Positions 55,301-64,000 of a stretch of DNA of 64,000 nucleotides are shown piece after piece. This DNA is from Ignavibacteriota bacterium (GTDB taxonomy: Bacteria; Bacteroidota; Ignavibacteria; Tepidaquicellales; OLB5). The notes beneath the pieces were generated by a model, which saw only the letters and a list, made by a program, of their open reading frames with translations, was not told the origin of the DNA and searched no databases. The translations under genes and the position numbers were made by a program. Numbering within the stretch: position 1 is the stretch's first letter; every line of letters begins with the position of its first letter. The DNA lies in contig RPQH01000006.1 of assembly GCA_003820375.1 (NCBI GenBank), forward strand, positions 8,861 to 72,860, written 5' to 3'.

Positions 55301-56278
55301 AAAAACCTTATTCTTGAATTCATAATATGCATTTAATATATCGTCAATAAAATCATAGAAATATTGAATTAAAACAGGTTGTGAACTGATAATTTTATCT
55401 CTTAAACTTTTAAATTGTTCGAAAACCTGACTGAATGGATTATTAGGTTCATCTTTTAACAGATAATAATAATTTACATAACAATAGTTCAAAACTTCAG
55501 CAATGCCTTTAAGTTTTGCATCATCTACCAGCCCGGCGAACGCCTGCAAGACATCATCAGCAGATTTAAGATCCTGGTCAGGCACGTTATATCTCTGCAA
55601 TTCGATATGATGCAGTGAGGGACTAACGGAGGATTTAATATCGGGAAGAGGTTTCTCATACTGTTTTTTTAAACTGTTTAAAATTGTTTTCTTTACTAAT
55701 AATGCTTTTACATCAAAATCCATTCTGCTTCCCTTATCATTACAATCATTATTATCGCAATTTTTTAAATTTACTTCTTCTGTTTCAAGGAAAAGGACTA
55801 CCGCGTATTTATCAAGATTCAGTTCTGAAATTATTGAAGCAGATTTTTTTTCATCAGTGTTTAGATTATCAAATTCCTCAGATGTAATCAGTTGAAATAT
55901 CTTTCCTTTATATATATCATTATAACTATCATTGACTTTTTCTTTATAAAAAGGAACAGCGGTATTATCATTATCCCGGCATGTGCAAATAAGATTTAGG
56001 TGTTCCGGAAAGCTGCGGGAATTATAGGGCATATAATGCCGGAATTCTGTATTGCAGAATGTCATAATAAATCCTTGAGAGGTTATCCCGCATCCTTTTG
56101 AAATCTTTATTACATCATTACCTGCTGTAATTTCCAGACCGCAGACAATTCCCATTCCTATGATTTTATTTTTCGTCAGACGGTCCTGTTGTTCCAAATA
56201 ATTTATTAGTGTATTTAAGTGACGGTCACTTAATACCTGGTTAGGTTCAAAAACAGGAAATGTATTGATAATATCCAT
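52334..56278 (-). CDS. large eCIS structural protein (Afp13 position) with C-terminal PKD/Ig-like domains; possible target-recognition component
   Basis: 1314 aa. Its N-terminus, 'FPVFEPNQVLSDRHLNTLINYLEQQDRL...GMGIVCGLEI', seems to me common in eCIS loci. The C-terminal 'PKANFAYKVEK...ISLINNSTD...YEWYF' is PKD-like. Confidence 0.5.
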   Translation of the reverse strand: MDIINTFPVFEPNQVLSDRHLNTLINYLEQQDRLTKNKIIGMGIVCGLEITAGNDVIKISKGCGITSQGFIMTFCNTEFRHYMPYNSRSFPEHLNLICTCRDNDNTAVPFYKEKVNDSYNDIYKGKIFQLITSEEFDNLNTDEKKSASIISELNLDKYAVVLFLETEEVNLKNCDNNDCNDKGSRMDFDVKALLVKKTILNSLKKQYEKPLPDIKSSVSPSLHHIELQRYNVPDQDLKSADDVLQAFAGLVDDAKLKGIAEVLNYCYVNYYYLLKDEPNNPFSQVFEQFKSLRDKIISSQPVLIQYFYDFIDDILNAYYEFKNKVFHVTSWCCSDEMRFPLHLMLGEASVNTNPFIKSKYREYFIYTPLYNNQEEKLEEVRLLFTRIRLLIQEVSFDSIADFEKKFVKITPSRNGYTYLSDRCIPYYYNTVDPGNELYRYWNYDKIKRGNERFNLSYYSSIYCTAPNIVSPLLYDLERFNFFRIEGHIGKYISTALNVVKSLQLQFNLPFETAALSADYIGALVKGEEPKCVIEDLESDYRTLITEFICKIHDAYSFVANIKYEPQISYVFNPPVLNSDTSTAKSESDPSAAKENIDIFIFHSMNNALNFKVNKPYISSMVNEYQALKNYQKGNTFERLFRQTQETTIGKYYSENLKEVFENPVNLSNISNDRLKLYHYFFDFIDNVEDLIKELTEHELAEINITLIKSMYAKLSETINFNHRLINDFYIPLIMSKTSVQPLNEEEQGLLNIFVKNIQLLNQSCFIERLESLKNEYIRRTAQYRLAKNFINYFRKHPGLEHKAGVPKGGTFILVYHEERRNRLIDPGTLYINKELGNLLLTNFHALLKPEVKPDEMEFNTRLTQIATLYKDPDIYLKLKDAMNNMMDDCKELPEEKKKKIIDIIEKPPRESRFELTDGMVIADFYIPYVCCSDCQPVAYILQETHKEEAIKPTLEIDKETICSDSKIGIKLQTDPKEGGSFLVDDNSAKDENIRYENENFYFIPGNLIPGTHKIAFKNNSGISDTKTITIVPKPKANFAYKVEKTDNEKVEISLINNSTDTIESASYEWYFKNKIFSRSIAPENFKFKANETGNVIQLVVKNRECEDKYEEEIKFKLPVEKLTIMKCINQEIFVLEPDNLKPVNILKSEAEIIDTIKVKIDLVKTYKKEQYSYLINYTLPSVKEKEVTLIILSPNADFNIEIKEITDIRNTTTREGSWQNSYLMLSAKNKYATGFNWNIIQGKIKLTFYTKDIEVDFVKNKLTPPSGKMPINVELEIINDIDEKCNSAVKYTISDKIYKNKKNTGMTFDNHFIA

Positions 56279-56280
56279 TT

Positions 56281-59200
56281 TTATAGTTTATTAAATGTTC
56301 CTAAAATTGTTTTACCAAGCAATAAGGGATTACTACTTTCTTTGTTTTCATCACAATTATGTAAGGTCGCTAAAATGTATTCACTATGGAGATTTTTAAG
56401 TATTTCCAATATAGCATTATTAGCGTCTCTGAATTTACCTTCTTTATCCAGGTCTGCTGTATCAGAATAATAATCAGCTATTGATTCAAGCCAGTTTTTA
56501 TATCGTACTTCAAACTCCCGAAGCATTTCATTACTTAGCCAGCATATTTTTAACATTACATGTGCTGGAGCTTCTTCCCGTATCTTATTTTCAAAATATT
56601 CTCTGAATGCCATGCTGTCAAAGTGCCCGGGCCAATATGGCATTATCACGGATATGCGGTATGAATAGGGATCTGCATCACATATACATTCACAATTATG
56701 AAGACAAACTTCCATTAAATCGAATGCTGGTTTACGGGGGCGTAATAATATATGTTCAATTAAATGAAGTCCAACTGGATCATTACATTCTCTTTTAAAT
56801 TCTTCTGTAAATTTTTTGATATCATTATTGGCGTCTTCTTCATTCGTGTAAGTTTTTTCGCTGGTTAATATGTTTGCGAGTTTAAAATTTTTATTGTTAT
56901 TATCCCATGTGTAATTGTCAGAATTTTTTCCAAGAATAACAGCGTCCAGTGCTTCTTTCCTGGCATTTTCTTTATTTTCATATTTTCCGGAAAGCATTTT
57001 TATTCCATCCAATGATGTGATTGAAAAAGAGTAGTAACATTTTAAAACTTCCTTTTCATTTTCATCTACGCTTTCTTCGTTACAATATATTTCAATATTC
57101 TTAATACAATACAAAAATCTCCTTGTGTAATCATTAATACCTGTCAGCAAACTGATTCGCCTTTCAAGTCCGGAAACATTATCTGTGTCCCATATCCCGG
57201 ATCTATCTATTGTAAAGTCATTATTTTGCGGAAGGTAATTAAAGCTCTTGCTCCGGGAACTGCTAACCTGGTCATATATTTTCAATGTACGTATCTTCGC
57301 TGCTAGTAATTCAGCAGGGTCAATATTTTCTTCTGTTTTCTCTTTATAATTAATTCTATACATCATCAATGCATAATCACTGAATGATTCGGAAAAACGC
57401 GCTAACAAGTGATCAAGGAAACGGCTGCGTCTTTCTTCAAAAAGATCCTTTGATTCGTATAAAATTTGCCATTTGTTTTTTGGCTCATGAACGGAATCCG
57501 GATTGTTTATTATTTGCTCTAGCAAAGCATTTCCATTTACAGTTTTATAAATATGCTTAACTTCTTTTATTCCACTGAGAAATTGTGCATAATAAGTATT
57601 TTTGATTTCTTCGACTGAAAATAACCTATGAGAGTGAGTTAATTGTGAAAAAAAGTCAGCAAGTAATTGTTCAAAAAACATCAAGTACGCTTTTAACTGT
57701 CTTTGACTGGCAATTCTTTGAGCAGTTACGGGAGTAGTTAACCCATATTCCCCGGTACCGTAAGTAGGAGGTAAATCGTATTGAACAGGATAGTAGCTTT
57801 CTGTATCTCTTTTTTTACCGATTGGAACCGGAATATCATCCTGTAATCCTGATAACTTAGCACGTGAACGTTGTGCATGAAGGAGCAATATGGTATCCTT
57901 TACTTCATCATAACGTGCAATAAAAGGAAACTGGTTTTTGAATAAAAGTATCTTTGACCTGTCTTTACTAAGGACCGGTTTGCACATAGGAGAAATATTC
58001 ATGCACCACTTTTTACCTGTATAATTTTTCATGGGCATTCCATCTTTGCCATATTTAGTCATTGTAAAATTCCTTATGGCAACAACTCCTTCGATATCCA
58101 TCAATAAATTAATAATATCCGATGTAATAATTTTTGAACGCAGTTGTGTTTCTTCTAGCTGAGTGTTTTCGATAAAACCATGTTTCAAAACAACTCCGTT
58201 AAAAATTCCATCAACTGGTACTTTTTTCTCAATTAGTTCTTTAAGTGAATAAAAACCTACGTTTGGGTTTAGATAATTTTCAACAATAAAAAATATTTCC
58301 GCTTGAATTTTATCAATATCGGTATCCGGCTTAGCATCAACATCAAAACAGAAGGCGATTTTCTCATCTTCAATTGTAGTTACTGAGGTAAAATCTTCAC
58401 ATAAGTTACGGTGTTCATGAAGGATCTTGATAGCACTTTGAATAATTTGTCTTGCTTTCCTGATCTTATTAAAATACTTTTCAAAAATACCAGCAACAAA
58501 CTGTTTATCATTGAACATTTTTTGCACATCATCAACTGTTACATTTTTTTCTTCCGGTTTTAAGGGCATTGTAATATTAAACTCTTTAACAGAATTGTTA
58601 GTGAGCTTTAAAGATTTACATTTCCAATGATTTTCACTTTCCTCTATAATTACCGATAATATATTTACCTTGTCTTTAGCATTTTCGGCAAAGCTAAAAT
58701 CTGCATCCTTCCATGAAGGAAGTTCAATTGAAAACAAAAATTCTCCCTGGGAAATATTTCCGTTAGCAGGATTTTCAATAATTATTTCACCGTTATTAAG
58801 ATCTCCAAACCCATCTGTATATTCAAGGTCAATCAGTACTTTGTATAAACCGGAAATATATAGCGGCAAACCTGTATTGTTATAGGTTAATTTATCTTTT
58901 TTGCAATCAGCATAAATATGTACTTCGTTAACCGGCAAGGGATTTTTATTATCGTCATACCAGACTTTATCTGCTATCAGCCATGCATTATGTATTCCAT
59001 CCAGATCTATCAATAATTTCCTGTAATCATTTATTGTCAGGGGATTATTTGTCAGAATTCTTTTCGCAGTGAAAAAAGTTTGATTATCAACAATATTTCC
59101 ATCTTCTTTGGTTAGTAGATCATTGATATCAAAACCACACCTGTAACCAAGTTCGCTTATTGCATAACATAATACTTCTAGAATGGTGATACCTGGGTCA

Positions 59201-59337
59201 TGAGAATTGAAGTCGGTCCAGAACTCCGAACCCAGATTCTCTATATAATTAATTCCTTCCTTACGCAAAAAATAATAATCCTGCGAAGGAGGAAGAGTAC
59301 TATTCTTTTCTATTATTAATTTTTCATCCATTAGCAA
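56281..59337 (-). CDS. baseplate wedge protein (Afp12/Cis12 position)
   Basis: 1018 aa. N-terminal 'FWTDFNSHDPGITILEVLCYAISELGYR' is typical of baseplate-assembly (gpJ/gpI-like) proteins. Overlaps the upstream gene by 7 nt. Confidence 0.55.
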   Translation of the reverse strand: MLMDEKLIIEKNSTLPPSQDYYFLRKEGINYIENLGSEFWTDFNSHDPGITILEVLCYAISELGYRCGFDINDLLTKEDGNIVDNQTFFTAKRILTNNPLTINDYRKLLIDLDGIHNAWLIADKVWYDDNKNPLPVNEVHIYADCKKDKLTYNNTGLPLYISGLYKVLIDLEYTDGFGDLNNGEIIIENPANGNISQGEFLFSIELPSWKDADFSFAENAKDKVNILSVIIEESENHWKCKSLKLTNNSVKEFNITMPLKPEEKNVTVDDVQKMFNDKQFVAGIFEKYFNKIRKARQIIQSAIKILHEHRNLCEDFTSVTTIEDEKIAFCFDVDAKPDTDIDKIQAEIFFIVENYLNPNVGFYSLKELIEKKVPVDGIFNGVVLKHGFIENTQLEETQLRSKIITSDIINLLMDIEGVVAIRNFTMTKYGKDGMPMKNYTGKKWCMNISPMCKPVLSKDRSKILLFKNQFPFIARYDEVKDTILLLHAQRSRAKLSGLQDDIPVPIGKKRDTESYYPVQYDLPPTYGTGEYGLTTPVTAQRIASQRQLKAYLMFFEQLLADFFSQLTHSHRLFSVEEIKNTYYAQFLSGIKEVKHIYKTVNGNALLEQIINNPDSVHEPKNKWQILYESKDLFEERRSRFLDHLLARFSESFSDYALMMYRINYKEKTEENIDPAELLAAKIRTLKIYDQVSSSRSKSFNYLPQNNDFTIDRSGIWDTDNVSGLERRISLLTGINDYTRRFLYCIKNIEIYCNEESVDENEKEVLKCYYSFSITSLDGIKMLSGKYENKENARKEALDAVILGKNSDNYTWDNNNKNFKLANILTSEKTYTNEEDANNDIKKFTEEFKRECNDPVGLHLIEHILLRPRKPAFDLMEVCLHNCECICDADPYSYRISVIMPYWPGHFDSMAFREYFENKIREEAPAHVMLKICWLSNEMLREFEVRYKNWLESIADYYSDTADLDKEGKFRDANNAILEILKNLHSEYILATLHNCDENKESSNPLLLGKTILGTFNKL

Positions 59338-62300
59338 TTAGTAAGTGGCTCAATTATATGTTTGGTTTTTGTTTCTTCGTTAAAATAAGAAATTAGTACT
59401 GAACGGGAGCTGGAAGCAATTGCTTCCTCAATATCCCGCTTTTCCTCCAGATGATTTACCCCATTGCGGTTTATAATATGATGCATTTTAAAACATGCAA
59501 TGTAATTAACATAAGGCCTTTCTTCAACAAAATTTAAAATTGAACTTTTGACAATTTTCCCATTAAATGAAATTTCATTACCTTCATCATATGCCCAGGG
59601 ACAAAGAAATTTTTCTATTTCAATATTAAGTAATTGCAGGTAATAAGATTCATCCAGGTTATCATAAAATTTCACTTTAAAATCAAACTGGATCTCTTCA
59701 AATTGAGGATTTCTGACATGAAGCTTTATAAATGGAGAAGTAATTGATTGCAAATATTTTTCTATTTTAATCAGCATACCTATTGGTGTACAAGGTCGTA
59801 AAGGATCAACCTTAGTTTTGTTTCTTAAATCAGGAATAGGAATGATCGTCACATGTCCCGGAAGATTTTCACAAAATATTTCTTCTTCCTGCTTTAAATA
59901 AAAACCGGAATGATTAAGACATTTAACTTTGTATATATCTGGATATTTTTCAAGTATAATATGTTCATAATCCCAGATAGAAATTGCCCTCTGTTTATGT
60001 CGCAGCCGTTCACTGGTCCTGATGTAGAAATGTTCGTCGCTCTCTTTTGTTCTTCCACCATAAGAATCAAAGGGCTGGGTAATATTTTTTATTGCAGAAT
60101 CACTTATTAGTAATTTAGAAATGGCTTTTGAAGGGAGTACTTGCCTGAATTCAACGTGTTTAGATTCATCTTGTGCTAATTCAACTTTAGCTGCCTGTGC
60201 TGTTATTAATATCATTTTACATACTGCATCTGTACTTTTCTTTACGGCTGCTTTTATCCAATGAAGGTTATTTTCAAATGCTGTGGTTTGATTGCTTATA
60301 TCATACGGAAGTGATATTGTAACCACACCGGATTGAGTAAAGTTTTGAGTCCTGTCTATTATGAATTGTTTTTCAAATGGCTTCCAGAAATGATGTCCGG
60401 AAAGATAATACCATTCAACATTTTCCATAATTTTTAATGGATTTGAACTGCCTTCAGATACCTGAAATAAAATATTGACAACTGTGTTACTTGCTGCATT
60501 TTCAAGTCCTATAAACAATTCACCACTATTAATAATGTCCGGCAGCAGTGTGAATTTTTCAGTTGATTCTGTTCCCTGGATATCAGGTACTAACTGATAA
60601 TAGCCAAATGGGGTAAAATGATAAATATGATTGTTCTCGTTATCTGCTTTATTCAATGAGATATTTGCAGTTGCAGCATAATTTATTGAAAAGTCATTAA
60701 GAATAATTTCTTTTGCTGTCGGTATAGACGATAAGTTTACCTTGTAAACATTTTGGTCATTTAAACTAATTGTAGTACGGTTAATTTCGTTAACAACATT
60801 TTGAAGATGCGTTGTTAATGAATAATTATTATCAGCTAACTGCAGTTGTATAAATCCATCCAGTGATGTAGACTGAAGAGCTTCGTTTTTCTCAAAATTA
60901 ATTTTTGAAGGAATGAATGACACAGGAAAAATAGTTTTAGGTGATGAAAGCCTAAAATCATTCTTCCATTTTTGTTCTCTCAGATAATATACATTTGTTG
61001 ATAGAGCCGGAGATTTGTAGTTTTTCCAGGCAAAATTAAATTCTATCCAGTTTAAAGTTTTCTGGAAAGCTTCTCTGCTTCCAATATTAAAACGGGCATC
61101 TGCATCTGGTAAATCTCCAAATGGCTTGAAAGGTTTTGAAGCATCAATCGGACCGGAATTATTGCTCAGCATCAAATCCTTTATACCATTCACCTGTACC
61201 GAAATTTCTACTGATGATATTTTTTGATTACAAATTAAGGTATATGGTATTGCATTTTTGTCATCCTGGTTTAATATAAATTTTGCAAAAGGTAATGAAA
61301 CGTTCAGTTTTTCCTTATGAATTTTTTCTGAATACGGAACTACCGGAGGATCGCCCGGATTTAAAATAAATTTGAATTCAAGTGTCTTTGCTGACTGTAT
61401 CTTCACATTCAATCCATTTACTTTGTGCCAGTCTTTTTTTCCGGTTAATTTTACTTTAAAGCAGTCCAGTTTGACACCATTCAATAATTGATTAATTTCA
61501 TTTTCGAACTTAATTGATACCGTTATTATACGTTCACCTTCATTTAAATATAAAATATTGGATGCAATTCCAAAACCTGCTTCTGCATTACCTGCTTCAC
61601 GTGTATCTCCAAATGTGTACCAGCTATTATCTGCTGACATAATTTTAGCTCCCTGCCCGTCATCTGAATCTGCAATTTGTGATGCTATCAAAATATCTTT
61701 TGTATCATGCTTTATCTGCAGTGAATGTATTTTGCTGACTTTAGCTTTGTTAATGACAATATCTTCAGTAAGAGAATAGAATATTTCTTTTCCTGTTATA
61801 TCCTTTCCGCCTTTGAATAATGTATTTTTTTTCAAAAGATGTTGATTCTTTTGTTTCTGCAATTCAAATATCAGGTGTGCAAAATCAGGTTCTGGTTTTT
61901 GATTTTGAAGCCGGAGAACATCTTTATAATAAAAATCAAGATGCCTTTTTGAGTACGTATTTAAATGATCCTGAGAATAACGAAAGAGCTTTATAAATGT
62001 AAGAAATAATGTATAATGCGGTGTATGTTTTGGAAAATCTTTCAGGGTTTGGATAAATAACTCTTCAGCTTTTGTAACAAAAAATGAAATACCATAAAAT
62101 AAATTTTCTACCTGTGAGTTAAAGAGATTATGATTTATAATATAAATAATTTTTTCCTTTAAAACAGGAAATTCCGGAACAGTGAATGAGAATTCCAGGG
62201 GTTGGTTTGACTTCCACATTTCCGGCAGAGATTCAAAATCTGAAGAGTGAAACGAATTAACAGGTATCGGTGCATTATCTTCATCAATAACTGTAATCGA

Positions 62301-62828
62301 TTCATCAATAAGATTTAGCGTCGTTTTTATATAATCATAAAACCTGGTCTTTATCGTCATTATACTCTCTGAGAGTTTATTCTGAATAGTGACATTCAAC
62401 AGTTCTTTATATGAAAATTCATCCGGAATAAACCGGTACTGTTCATCAATCAGGTTCACCATTGAAAATATTAAATCAAACAGGAATTTAAATTGTTTCT
62501 TTGATTCTTCTTCAGAAGTGGATGTACTCTTAATCTTCTTGTAAAGAAGCTTTTGGTAATCGTAAATTGTACGAACTTCTATTTTTGACAATGTAGCCAG
62601 AGCTACACTAACATCCATTTTCATCAAATCTTCCCAGTCGCCGGAAAGATTATTATACTTGTCATAATAATTCAGGTAAGAAGCATATTTTTTCGCAAAT
62701 AATATCAGGTCAGCTTCATTTCGCTCATCAACATGAACATAACCGGGCAGAAGAGCTGCTATTACTCTATTTGTCTGGTTCAATCCCGAACGCTGAAGAG
62801 GTTTTTTATCTTTACAACTTTTACTCAT
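59331..62828 (-). CDS. baseplate wedge protein, baseplate-J/gp6-like (Afp11/Cis11 position)
   Basis: 1165 aa. N-terminal '...QRSGLNQTNRVIAALLPGYVHVDERNEADLILFAKKYA'. Near the C-terminus, 'RHKQRAISIWDYEHIILEKYPDIYKVKCL' resembles the conserved baseplate-J block. Overlaps gp25 by 4 nt. Confidence 0.6.
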   Translation of the reverse strand: MSKSCKDKKPLQRSGLNQTNRVIAALLPGYVHVDERNEADLILFAKKYASYLNYYDKYNNLSGDWEDLMKMDVSVALATLSKIEVRTIYDYQKLLYKKIKSTSTSEEESKKQFKFLFDLIFSMVNLIDEQYRFIPDEFSYKELLNVTIQNKLSESIMTIKTRFYDYIKTTLNLIDESITVIDEDNAPIPVNSFHSSDFESLPEMWKSNQPLEFSFTVPEFPVLKEKIIYIINHNLFNSQVENLFYGISFFVTKAEELFIQTLKDFPKHTPHYTLFLTFIKLFRYSQDHLNTYSKRHLDFYYKDVLRLQNQKPEPDFAHLIFELQKQKNQHLLKKNTLFKGGKDITGKEIFYSLTEDIVINKAKVSKIHSLQIKHDTKDILIASQIADSDDGQGAKIMSADNSWYTFGDTREAGNAEAGFGIASNILYLNEGERIITVSIKFENEINQLLNGVKLDCFKVKLTGKKDWHKVNGLNVKIQSAKTLEFKFILNPGDPPVVPYSEKIHKEKLNVSLPFAKFILNQDDKNAIPYTLICNQKISSVEISVQVNGIKDLMLSNNSGPIDASKPFKPFGDLPDADARFNIGSREAFQKTLNWIEFNFAWKNYKSPALSTNVYYLREQKWKNDFRLSSPKTIFPVSFIPSKINFEKNEALQSTSLDGFIQLQLADNNYSLTTHLQNVVNEINRTTISLNDQNVYKVNLSSIPTAKEIILNDFSINYAATANISLNKADNENNHIYHFTPFGYYQLVPDIQGTESTEKFTLLPDIINSGELFIGLENAASNTVVNILFQVSEGSSNPLKIMENVEWYYLSGHHFWKPFEKQFIIDRTQNFTQSGVVTISLPYDISNQTTAFENNLHWIKAAVKKSTDAVCKMILITAQAAKVELAQDESKHVEFRQVLPSKAISKLLISDSAIKNITQPFDSYGGRTKESDEHFYIRTSERLRHKQRAISIWDYEHIILEKYPDIYKVKCLNHSGFYLKQEEEIFCENLPGHVTIIPIPDLRNKTKVDPLRPCTPIGMLIKIEKYLQSITSPFIKLHVRNPQFEEIQFDFKVKFYDNLDESYYLQLLNIEIEKFLCPWAYDEGNEISFNGKIVKSSILNFVEERPYVNYIACFKMHHIINRNGVNHLEEKRDIEEAIASSSRSVLISYFNEETKTKHIIEPLTNC

Positions 62829-63244
62829 TTTATAATATCACTGCCTTCATTTTTGTAAAAAGGAAATACATAATTGTAACGTGTATTTTTACTTTGTATT
62901 GTGTAGTCAATACTTATGAGCACAATCCCTTGCAGTTCATTGCTTTCATCCAACTCTACTCCATTCAATTTAATACGTGGTTCATATAAATTAATTGTGG
63001 TTTTTACAAGGTCTTTTATATAAGTTTTGAATGTCGTAGAAAGAGATTCAAAAACAAGTTCATCCAGATTACAGCCATAATCAGGGCACATTACTCTTTC
63101 TCCTGGTCTTGTAGTAAGTAAAATATGCAAACTGCTTTCAATATCCTCCTCATCGCTCAGCATTTTTACATTTTTAGTATCTTTGTTGAATTCAGGAGGA
63201 AAGCTCCACCCTGTGCCAAGAAAGGATTTATGACCGTTTATCAT
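62825..63244 (-). CDS. GPW/gp25-family baseplate protein (Afp9/TssE-like)
   Basis: 139 aa. 'LGTGWSFP', 'SLHILLTTRPGERVMCPDYGCNLDELVFE' and 'YEPRI' are the classic gp25 pattern. Confidence 0.85.
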   Translation of the reverse strand: MINGHKSFLGTGWSFPPEFNKDTKNVKMLSDEEDIESSLHILLTTRPGERVMCPDYGCNLDELVFESLSTTFKTYIKDLVKTTINLYEPRIKLNGVELDESNELQGIVLISIDYTIQSKNTRYNYVFPFYKNEGSDIIK

Positions 63245-63352
63245 AATGTTTTATTGTATAATATTGTCTTCAAAAAATTATTCCATTTAATATTATTTGT
63301 CAGTTTTTAGCCGCTTCTTAAATAGTTTTAGATTAATTGTAATTATGTTTGT

Positions 63353-63643
63353 TTAACCTCCGATAATTACAGTTGGACATCCGGATACAATGCTTCCACC
63401 ATGCGCCGTGGAGTCTCCCATTCGGGCTGCCGGCTTATTATTTATCAAAACCGTTGATGAACCGGCAGCTATTGTATCGGTAGGACCGGTACAAACGCAT
63501 GTATCACCTGCAGTAGCTGCCGGCAAATTCCCGATTAATACTGTTACTGAGCCCGGAGGTAAAATTACTCCTCCTACATGTGGAACGTATCCATTTACCA
63601 TCGGGCAAACATGACTATCTGATATTCTTGCAGCTAAAGGCAT
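63353..63643 (-). CDS. PAAR-domain spike-tip protein (Afp10-like)
   Basis: 96 aa. 'GNLPAATAGDTCVCTGP', 'NNKPAARMGDSTAHGG' and 'PTVIIGG'. Confidence 0.9.
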   Translation of the reverse strand: MPLAARISDSHVCPMVNGYVPHVGGVILPPGSVTVLIGNLPAATAGDTCVCTGPTDTIAAGSSTVLINNKPAARMGDSTAHGGSIVSGCPTVIIGG

Positions 63644-63707
63644 TGTTTAGATTTATTATTTATTTTTTATATGAATATCTATTCTTCTGCATACCGGTAT
63701 TTTCTTC

Positions 63708-64000
63708 TTAATTAATTTTTACTATTCCACCCTTAATTTCAGTGATTCCGCTTCCATCTATTTTTATAGATGCACTTTTAAATTCAGCACTGCCGGGACC
63801 TGCTTTTAATTCAGAACCGCTTGCTGATAAAGAAAACTGTGAAGAAGGTTTCAGTGTAATATTTACACCTTCAATTGTTATATCTGACCCTGCTTTTATT
63901 TTTAAACTTGATGCACTTTCAATAGTCACCCCGCTGGATTCCATCTTAATACTATTACCACTTTCATCTTCGATTTTTATTATGCTTCCATTATCATCGA
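63708..64000 (-). CDS. VgrG/gp5-like spike protein, C-terminal part (5' end lies beyond the window)
   Basis: The reading frame stays open to the window edge; the ORF-track Met at 63944 is internal. It shows a repetitive beta-helix-like pattern (ITIEG.NITLK, IKIDGSGITEIKGG.VKIN) and sits immediately upstream of PAAR. Confidence 0.6.
   Translation of the reverse strand, partial: DDNGSIIKIEDESGNSIKMESSGVTIESASSLKIKAGSDITIEGVNITLKPSSQFSLSASGSELKAGPGSAEFKSASIKIDGSGITEIKGGIVKIN

Noticed and set aside
45978-63614. Short ORFs antisense to or nested in the eCIS genes (e.g. 45978-46926 set, 47356-47544, 49360-49542, 51019-52077 set, 52988-53517, 54913-55197, 55684-55887, 56607-56798, 58670-58885, 59910-60110, 61558-61779, 62771-62989, 63125-63310, 63390-63614).
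   Set aside because: These are shadow ORFs in AT-rich coding sequence, each contained in or overlapping a longer supported gene.
44722-64000. Calling the eCIS block a defined mobile element or integrative island.
   Set aside because: No integrase, transposase or second att-like direct repeat is visible inside the window. Only the tRNA adjacency and the inverted-repeat element support mobility, so I report it as a finding and not as a mobile_element feature.

Overview
Low-GC window. The 'NYPNPFNP...' T9SS C-terminal sorting domains suggest an Ignavibacteria/FCB-group host (inference only). I saw no rRNA, CRISPR array, transposase or integrase. There are three blocks. (1) 0-20 kb: hypothetical genes and two gene remnants, then a + strand operon (5252-14795) of secreted or outer-membrane proteins. 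These are an SBBP beta-propeller, a lipoprotein, a protein with three tandem jelly-roll repeats, and a putative beta-barrel that shares its N-terminal module with the preceding gene. A MalT-like STAND ATPase with a C-terminal SARP output and a BNR/Asp-box T9SS protein follow. (2) 20.6-44.6 kb: an anaerobic aromatic-catabolism supercluster. It holds an Rrf2 regulator and a minus-strand molybdo-flavoenzyme operon (4-hydroxybenzoyl-CoA-reductase-like, with XdhC and MocA maturation genes and an SDR). A divergent 16-kb + strand operon encodes class I ATP-dependent benzoyl-CoA reductase (bcrCBAD order), dch/had/oah ring-hydrolysis genes, beta-oxidation genes, and an unusual inserted module: an acyl-CoA ligase, a single 2-hydroxyacyl-CoA-dehydratase-family subunit, and a PanE-reductase::activator-ATPase fusion. 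I infer an aryl-lactyl-CoA route that feeds Phe/Tyr into the benzoyl-CoA pathway. (3) tRNA-Pro(CGG) at 44722-44796 is followed by a 240-bp inverted-repeat element. Then comes the distal half of an extracellular contractile injection system (eCIS) on the minus strand: VgrG-like spike (truncated by the window edge), PAAR, gp25, baseplate wedge proteins, a PKD-tailed large protein, a tape-measure-like protein, and an AAA+ ATPase. Embedded in it is a three-gene effector block sharing an N-terminal 'FFQPKL-x3-QPNDIYEQEA' leader, and a C39-like peptidase ends the operon. All functional calls come from motif recognition by eye; no searches were run.
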